Shown one piece after another: positions 33,782 to 39,532 of a DNA stretch of 39,532 bases (its first letter is position 1; every line of letters starts with the position of its first letter). Origin of the DNA: a virus (Duplodnaviria > Caudoviricetes). Location: positions 1-39,532 of the IMG/VR virus record IMGVR_UViG_3300037046_000003; one strand, written 5' to 3'. The notes under the pieces were generated by a model, which was not told where the DNA came from, ran no database searches, and saw nothing but the letters and a program-made list of their open reading frames with translations. Position numbers and translations under genes: made by a program.

Positions 33782-36108
33782 CAGCGTTTGGCCTGAAGAA
33801 CCATCTCGCCTTCCCATTCGGCACTTTGGAAGTTGCTCGGGAGGGGAGAATCATTCACCAGTTCGATGATGACGCCACGGGCGGAGGACATGATGGGGAC
33901 GCGGAAGGAGCCATCCGATAGCGCAGGTTCCCCGAGGGTCAAACCAGAGACACCCAGGACGCGCCCAGCGAAGGGGTACGTGAAGGTGTCCCGGCCAGGG
34001 GGGGTTACCTCGACACGGAAGTATCCCGAGGTGGCGTAGGAGATGAGCATCCGGCGAATCTTGATGATGGCGCTGGCAATCACCCCATTGTTGGCGTCCT
34101 TGATGTACTGCTCAGAGAACCGGAAGCGGGCCGTGTAGCGCACCCCGATGAACGCGGGAGCTGCGGACCAGTCACCTGGGACACTCACCGTGCTGCCCTC
34201 ATTGTGGGAGAGCTGCAAGGCTGCCCCTCGCTGAGTCCCGAAGCCTTCACCCAGGACGGCCCAGACACTGCCTGAAGCATTCCACGGGAGCGTCCAGGAG
34301 GTCCGGACAGTTGCCGGGTCGTAGGTGCCTGAGAGATACACCTTGCGATCCAGGAGGACCTCGAAGGGGAGTCCAGTGTCCTTATCGTTGGACTGGAAGT
34401 TCATGGACTCCAGGTAGATGCCATCAGCTCGGCGAATGACCACGTAGGCCACCGAACCAACGAACTCCATACCGAGGAGGCTCTCGTTCTCCTGGAAGGT
34501 GAATTTGAACCATGCCGACTGGACCTTCTCCTGGGCGCCCCAGTAATACTTATAGACGTACATGGTGTTGCGCTCGGCCTCGGACAGCAGGCAGAGGACA
34601 TCTTCAGAGGTACTCACGGACAACTTGTAGGCGTCTTTGGGGATGTAGCGGGGGACATGCGCGGTGATGTCGGCAGCATCGTTCGTCATCGTGTCTTCGG
34701 CTACGAAATACTCCCGGACCCCTGAAGAGGTGGGCTTCTCAGACACGAAGAAGAGCTGATTGCCGGCACCGACAGGGCGACAGCGGGAGGAACTGACGAA
34801 CTCCGTTACGGCATCCGCCTTGACCGTCTTGGGGGAGAGGATGTCCCCGGCAGAGAGCTGGAACTGGGTCTGGTCGGAGAACAACAGGAGGACCTTGTTG
34901 AAGGGGATGGCCCACCGGAGGAGGGATACCTTGGTGTTCGCCACCGCCTCATCAATAGGGTCCGCGTCCGTCACAGCCGTAGCCGTCTTGGCGAAGAAGT
35001 TGTAGTAGTCCCCAGCAGTCGACAGGATGACGCTCTCATCAGCCAGGAAGCCCAGACGGTTCCGGTAGAAGAACGTGTAGGTGATCGTCCGTCCCACGAA
35101 GGAGGGCCACGGGTTGGAGGCGTAGTCGCCCACCTTCCGGGGTGCCCACTCGCATTCCATCAGGGTGAAGCTGCCATCAGGGTTGCGGACCAACTTATGG
35201 GGCATCGTGCTGGGGTCCAGGGAGGTGACCGTTCCAGGGGCCGGGCACTCGATGTAAGAGTTCGTCTTCGCCGAGTAGCGGACGTAGTAACCCTTGCCCT
35301 GCTCATAGGGCCGGGTCGTCACATACACCACGTAGCCGTCATCGATGGCCACCGGGAGGTCCGCAAAGGTCTGGACGCTGCCCTGGATGACCTTCGTCAG
35401 GGAGCTTCCATAGGTGTCGGCAGCAACCACTTCCCAGTCCGTACTGGCATCCAGCTTGGTTATCTTGATGATGTTGGCGAAGGGGTTGGTGACTGAGAAC
35501 GAGGACCCCAGCGATGCGGACAGGCCGCTCTGAATGGCACTGATGGAGGGGCCTGTGTCATTGGAGCCCCCGGACCAGGAAGCGGTCCCCAGTTGGGTGG
35601 TCGTGCTATTGACCGTGACCGTCAGGCTCCGGCCCACCCCGGCCCCGTTGTAGGTGAAGACCACATAGGCCACGTTGGGGGCAGCGTCAGTGGCATCTGG
35701 GAGGTACTCCACCTTCTTGGTGCGGTTGATGATGAAGGTGTGATCCGCCACGGTCACCGCTGAGAAGTCCTTATTTGGGTTCTCGCAGTCCAGGTAGCCG
35801 AGGCCGTCCGGGTAGGTCACCGCCTTGGCCTCGCCAGTGAGGGCATCAAAGACCGAGATGGAGCCATCACGGAGGAACAGGACATAACGCTCAGAGGTGT
35901 CCCGGCTGATGACAGTCACGTAGGCGTTTGTATCGGTGTCCGTGGTGAGCTTCGCTAGGTGCTTCGTCGGCGGGCGCTTGTTGAGCCCTGTGGCGATGGT
36001 CGGGTAGAAGTTGTCGGACGCCTCACACTGGGAGGACAGGCGGAGGGGTGCTGGCTGCTGCGAGACCCCATTGAACAAGCTGGCAATGAGGGTGTTGATA
36101 AGTGCCAT
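33781..36108 (-). CDS. Tail tubular protein B / nozzle (gp12-like)
   Basis: GVSQQP...GLNKRPPT, PSFVGR, RNRLGFL and EWEG motifs. Confidence 0.93.
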   Translation of the reverse strand: MALINTLIASLFNGVSQQPAPLRLSSQCEASDNFYPTIATGLNKRPPTKHLAKLTTDTDTNAYVTVISRDTSERYVLFLRDGSISVFDALTGEAKAVTYPDGLGYLDCENPNKDFSAVTVADHTFIINRTKKVEYLPDATDAAPNVAYVVFTYNGAGVGRSLTVTVNSTTTQLGTASWSGGSNDTGPSISAIQSGLSASLGSSFSVTNPFANIIKITKLDASTDWEVVAADTYGSSLTKVIQGSVQTFADLPVAIDDGYVVYVTTRPYEQGKGYYVRYSAKTNSYIECPAPGTVTSLDPSTMPHKLVRNPDGSFTLMECEWAPRKVGDYASNPWPSFVGRTITYTFFYRNRLGFLADESVILSTAGDYYNFFAKTATAVTDADPIDEAVANTKVSLLRWAIPFNKVLLLFSDQTQFQLSAGDILSPKTVKADAVTEFVSSSRCRPVGAGNQLFFVSEKPTSSGVREYFVAEDTMTNDAADITAHVPRYIPKDAYKLSVSTSEDVLCLLSEAERNTMYVYKYYWGAQEKVQSAWFKFTFQENESLLGMEFVGSVAYVVIRRADGIYLESMNFQSNDKDTGLPFEVLLDRKVYLSGTYDPATVRTSWTLPWNASGSVWAVLGEGFGTQRGAALQLSHNEGSTVSVPGDWSAAPAFIGVRYTARFRFSEQYIKDANNGVIASAIIKIRRMLISYATSGYFRVEVTPPGRDTFTYPFAGRVLGVSGLTLGEPALSDGSFRVPIMSSARGVIIELVNDSPLPSNFQSAEWEGEMVLQAKR

Positions 36109-36110
36109 GC

Positions 36111-36689
36111 TTACCGCTCCATGATGGAGGTCACGGAGTTGCTGCCCGTGAAGATGTTGTAGTTGCCGGTCTCGCCCTCTGACTCGTTGAGGACCTTCTC
36201 AGCGTCCATCTCCTCCTCAGCGGAGAAGCGGAACTGGGTGTCAGAGCCCAAGGTGCGGGCCTGGAAGACGCGGGCTCCGCGAACCATGATGTAGGTCCGT
36301 GCGCTCTGCGGGAGGTCATCCCACGGCAGCATCAGAACCACAGCACCTGTCTGGTCACCCTCAAAGGTGTCCCGATGGTTGGTCTTGTCGTAGAGCCGGC
36401 TTCCGCGCTGGGTGATGTCGATCCCGGAGGAGCCCTGCACGGTCACCTTGAGGACATTCGTGGGGAGGGGGATGCGGTTCGCGTTATCGCGGGGAAGCGG
36501 GTATTCGGATTCGGTGTTGAAGTGGTAGCCAACGGTCTGCACTGCACGGCTAATTTCCGTGAGGGTGGCGATGGCGGAGGCGACATCAGCAAAGCCAGTC
36601 GCGTCCAGGCTATTCACTCGGGTCTCCCCGATGGACTCCAACAGGGTATTAACTGCCTCCAGTTGGGAGGTCATGGAAGTGGCGGTCAT
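36111..36689 (-). CDS. Tail tubular protein A / adaptor (gp11-like)
   Basis: LEAVNTLLESIGE, GYHFNTE and RGSRLYD motifs. Confidence 0.93.
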   Translation of the reverse strand: MTATSMTSQLEAVNTLLESIGETRVNSLDATGFADVASAIATLTEISRAVQTVGYHFNTESEYPLPRDNANRIPLPTNVLKVTVQGSSGIDITQRGSRLYDKTNHRDTFEGDQTGAVVLMLPWDDLPQSARTYIMVRGARVFQARTLGSDTQFRFSAEEEMDAEKVLNESEGETGNYNIFTGSNSVTSIMER

Positions 36690-36707
36690 AGGGGTTTCCA
36701 GAAAATG

Positions 36708-36751
36708 AAAAAAAAAGGAGCCCCTATCCGGGTGTGGATAGAGACTCCTTT
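36708..36751 (-). terminator. T-phi-like terminator after the major capsid gene
   Basis: GGAGTCTCTATCC-ACACCC-GGATAGGGGCTCC followed by T9. Confidence 0.9.
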
Positions 36752-36761
36752 AGGGTGCCGA

Positions 36762-37703
36762 TTAGGCCGTGGTCTTCAGTTCAACAGAACACTCGGGGCG
36801 CAAAATGCCATGACCCACCGCGTACTTCGCCACGATCAGGGTGCCCTGGCGGCGGATGTCGTAGGCCATTTCCTGGGCCAGGTCCATCAACTTGACCGTA
36901 CCAACAGCTTGCTTCGTCATCAGCAGGCAGGCATTCTTGGTGAAGTCGCCTTGGTAGGCAGCCGGACCAGCGGTAATGTTCGTGGTCGGCAGGTGGTTGG
37001 TCTTCACCAACTGGGCGCCACCGATACGGAGAATCTTGCCTTCCGAGTAGTCACCGTTGCCCGAGGTCCAGTCACGGTTCAGGAGGGCCGTCGATTGGGC
37101 CAGCAGGTAATACTGAGCCGGCTTCACGAAGGCGTACTTCTCTTCCTCTTCCGGGATGTCCTTCTCGTCCATCGCCTGAACGCCAGCGTAGATACCGGCG
37201 GCCAGGTCCGTGGCGGAGGTCTTGTAGAGGGTCGTAAGCGAGGTCAGAGCCGTACCACCGTAAGCACCCGTGACCGTCGCCGAGGCGCGGGCAGCCAGGA
37301 TGCCCACTTGCAGCACGTTCTTGTCCCACTGGTTGGACAGGGCGCGGCCCACTTCCTTCGAGTAGATGGAGCGAACGTCGTAGTGGTTCTTTGCTTCATC
37401 AATGTTCGAGATGAAGACCGAAGACAGCAGCAGATCATCAATGGTGATGACTCGCTCGGCGACGTTGGAAGTTTGACCAACGATTTCCGCACCCGGAGTG
37501 TGGTAACCAGCAGCTACCTTCCAGGTGGCCGGGAACTGAGCCGACTTGCCGGCGGAGATGGTGCGAACGGTATGCTTGTCCATGACCTTGGTGGCTTCTT
37601 CAAAAGCGGACAGAACTTCGCCGCCGAAGACCTTCAGGAACAGAGCGTCAGACGCACCAGCGCCATTGACTTGACCAAGGGCCGTGATAGTTGCATTTGC
37701 CAT
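36762..37703 (-). CDS. Major capsid protein (gp10-like)
   Basis: ALFLKVFGGEVLSAF, RTISAGKSAQFP and GHGILRPE motifs. ATG 37703 has an AAGGA SD. Confidence 0.96.
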   Translation of the reverse strand: MANATITALGQVNGAGASDALFLKVFGGEVLSAFEEATKVMDKHTVRTISAGKSAQFPATWKVAAGYHTPGAEIVGQTSNVAERVITIDDLLLSSVFISNIDEAKNHYDVRSIYSKEVGRALSNQWDKNVLQVGILAARASATVTGAYGGTALTSLTTLYKTSATDLAAGIYAGVQAMDEKDIPEEEEKYAFVKPAQYYLLAQSTALLNRDWTSGNGDYSEGKILRIGGAQLVKTNHLPTTNITAGPAAYQGDFTKNACLLMTKQAVGTVKLMDLAQEMAYDIRRQGTLIVAKYAVGHGILRPECSVELKTTA

Positions 37704-37820
37704 GTAGGACTTTCCTTCTTGTGGGGTTTCCGCCTTGCACAAAGGGGCAGGCGGGTACTACGAGGGGATGCCCCGAAGAGGCCCTTGCGGTGCGTTCTTC
37801 AGGGACTTGCGAGGGCTGCT

Positions 37821-38063
37821 TTAGCCGACTCGGGTATGGGCTGCCGGGGGATTCAATTCCACCAGGACGCCTGATGCGTTGCGGTCCAGGATGCCCATGT
37901 TGATTGCCGACTTGACATCGACCCGCATGGAACCGTGAGGGACCGTAGCGCCTGCTTCGTTGCTTGCGGTGGTGGCAGCGGTAGCCGTACCAATGGCGCG
38001 GATGGCTGCAATGCGCGTACCGGAACCATTGACGATGGCACCTTTGAAGTTGCGGGAGGCCAC
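37821..38063 (-). CDS. Small Ala/Thr/Gly-rich protein between scaffold and capsid
   Basis: 80 aa from GTG just after the scaffold stop. Confidence 0.6.
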   Translation of the reverse strand: MASRNFKGAIVNGSGTRIAAIRAIGTATAATTASNEAGATVPHGSMRVDVKSAINMGILDRNASGVLVELNPPAAHTRVG

Positions 38064-38064
38064 C

Positions 38065-38799
38065 TTAGAACACCGTGGTAGCGGCAACCTTGGCCATGAC
38101 CTTGGCGCGGAACGCAGGGTCTTTGGCGTAGGACGGGTTGCGCATGTCGGTGGTCATCTCGGCACGGGAGGCGTAGCCCATAGAGCCAGCGGAGCCAGCC
38201 GGGGAGCCGCCCAGAAGGCCTGGTTGTCGGCCGTAGTTAGCCTCGAAGCGGGACTTCAGACCTTCGATGGCCTGAAGCATCTCAGCCTTGGAGCCCATCG
38301 TTGCCGTGTTATAGGCTTCGATGTCAGCAGGGGAGAGGGCCTTGGCTGCCCAGGATTGCATCTGGGATAGCTGCTCCTTGCCGCCAACGACTTCGGCAGC
38401 CTGGAGGATGCGCAGCTCGGCAAGTGCTTCCTGGCCGGCGACGTAGTTATCAACAACGTCCTTCGGGAAGCCAACAGCCTCAAGGGCCTTGTAGCTTTCC
38501 TCGGACAGTGCGCCACCCTCGTCGTATTCAGCCTGGAGCTTGGTGTAGTCAATACCAGCCTTCTCCAGGGTCTCCTTGGCCTCCTCGGTGTCTTCCTTGG
38601 TTTCTTCCTTCAGGGGCTCTTTTGGGGCCTCCTTGGATGCTTCCTGGGCCTCAACAGGCGGGGTCACCTGGAGGTCATTACCGGAAGCAGCTTCAGCGGC
38701 CTTGGAGGCGCTGGCATCCACCTTCGCGGACATGGCGGCATCGTATTCCGGGGAGCCCGGTTGCGGTGCCTGGACTTCTTCCTTGACGGCTTCGGACAT
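38065..38799 (-). CDS. Capsid scaffolding protein (gp9-like)
   Basis: Acidic, with LSEESYKALEAVGF, VGG...W and EM..DMRNPSYAKDPAFRAKV motifs. Confidence 0.9.
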   Translation of the reverse strand: MSEAVKEEVQAPQPGSPEYDAAMSAKVDASASKAAEAASGNDLQVTPPVEAQEASKEAPKEPLKEETKEDTEEAKETLEKAGIDYTKLQAEYDEGGALSEESYKALEAVGFPKDVVDNYVAGQEALAELRILQAAEVVGGKEQLSQMQSWAAKALSPADIEAYNTATMGSKAEMLQAIEGLKSRFEANYGRQPGLLGGSPAGSAGSMGYASRAEMTTDMRNPSYAKDPAFRAKVMAKVAATTVF

Positions 38800-39041
38800 T
38801 AGAAGTCCTCGCGGGTGGCTTTGTGGCTGTCCAGCCCAACACCGCCCTTGACCTTGAATGAGGCATCGGCGAGTTCAACCAGCATGGCCTTCGGCTTCAT
38901 CTCGGACAGGACATCTTCCTTGACCTGTGCGCGGAGTTCGGCCAGGACATCAGGGGAGATGGCTGCGGATGCGCCCTTGGACTTCTTCGGTGCGACTACT
39001 TCTTCTTCTTCGGTCGGAGTGACCGGGATGGCATCTGCCAT
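38799..39041 (-). CDS. Hypothetical protein between portal and scaffold
   Basis: 80 aa with an AGAGG SD and TAATG coupling. Confidence 0.7.
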   Translation of the reverse strand: MADAIPVTPTEEEEVVAPKKSKGASAAISPDVLAELRAQVKEDVLSEMKPKAMLVELADASFKVKGGVGLDSHKATREDF

Positions 39042-39062
39042 GCGTACCTCTAAGGGTTGTGG

Positions 39063-39532
39063 TTAAGCGGTCTGCCCGTCCATGGCTGCCTTCGCCATGC
39101 CACCCATCTGGGTGACTGCGTTGGGGCCAAGCTGGGCAATCATTTGCTGCTGCTGCGCCTGCTCTGCTCGTTCGGCCTTCTCTTCAGGGGTCGGAATGAG
39201 CCCCTTCATGTCGATGCCTCGGGCTGCGCCACATCGCTTGATGTAGTCGCCGATGTTCATCTCGTTGGCGATCACTTCAGGGCCAAGCGGCTGGAGGTCC
39301 TGGAGAAGCCCGGAGAGCTTGCTCAGGTCGTTACCTCGGCCAATGGCTTCGATACCCGTGGTGATGGACGGACGAATTGAGCCCTTGGGTAGCACCGGGA
39401 GGGCACCCTTGCGCTCCATGGAGCCCATGACGACAGTCAAGAAGGGGAGCTGGAACTCCTGAGCCAGGGTCGAGTAGATGCCTCCAAGGGAGGACTCCAG
39501 CTCGTTGGCCACGTACCGGATTTCCTCAGCTG
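39063..39532 (-). CDS. Portal protein, C-terminal part
   Basis: AEEIRYVANELESSLGGIYS...ITTGIEAIGRGNDL. Confidence 0.93.
   Translation of the reverse strand, partial: AEEIRYVANELESSLGGIYSTLAQEFQLPFLTVVMGSMERKGALPVLPKGSIRPSITTGIEAIGRGNDLSKLSGLLQDLQPLGPEVIANEMNIGDYIKRCGAARGIDMKGLIPTPEEKAERAEQAQQQQMIAQLGPNAVTQMGGMAKAAMDGQTA

Noticed and set aside
36700-36800. T7 10B-type capsid frameshift extension
   Set aside because: The terminator begins about 10 nt after the stop, leaving no room for an extension.

Overview
The window is a complete, circularly assembled ~39.4 kb T7-like podophage genome (Autographiviridae type). Bases 1-131 recur at 39402-39532 with one mismatch, and essentially all genes are on the minus strand. 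Gene order follows T7. Early genes (ArdA antirestriction protein, many small ORFs) lead to a MarR-like regulator, a tyrosine integrase, a BRO-N protein and a single-subunit RNA polymerase. These are followed by ligase, SSB, endonuclease I, amidase endolysin, primase/helicase, PolA and exonuclease, then portal, scaffold, capsid, tail tube proteins, ejection proteins, tail fibres, holin and terminase. The notable part is an apparent lysogeny control system. (1) The attP core, the 3' half of a tRNA-Asn(GTT) flanked by paired TTGGGCACA arm-type repeats, lies inside the integrase reading frame. Integration would therefore swap the integrase C-terminus and cut the bro-RNAP genes off from the host-type early promoter. 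(2) Two LexA/SOS-type boxes lie upstream of that promoter. (3) A six-copy phage-promoter-like motif occurs twice upstream of the RNAP gene itself, each time followed by a terminator-like hairpin. (4) The early leader is highly structured. Other oddities are a terminase large subunit with no ATG/GTG/TTG start (probably CUG), scattered lysis genes with no recognisable spanins, and an Mtd-N tail fibre with a 15-bp in-frame duplication at its tip. All calls come from reading the sequence and recalled family motifs. No database search was run.
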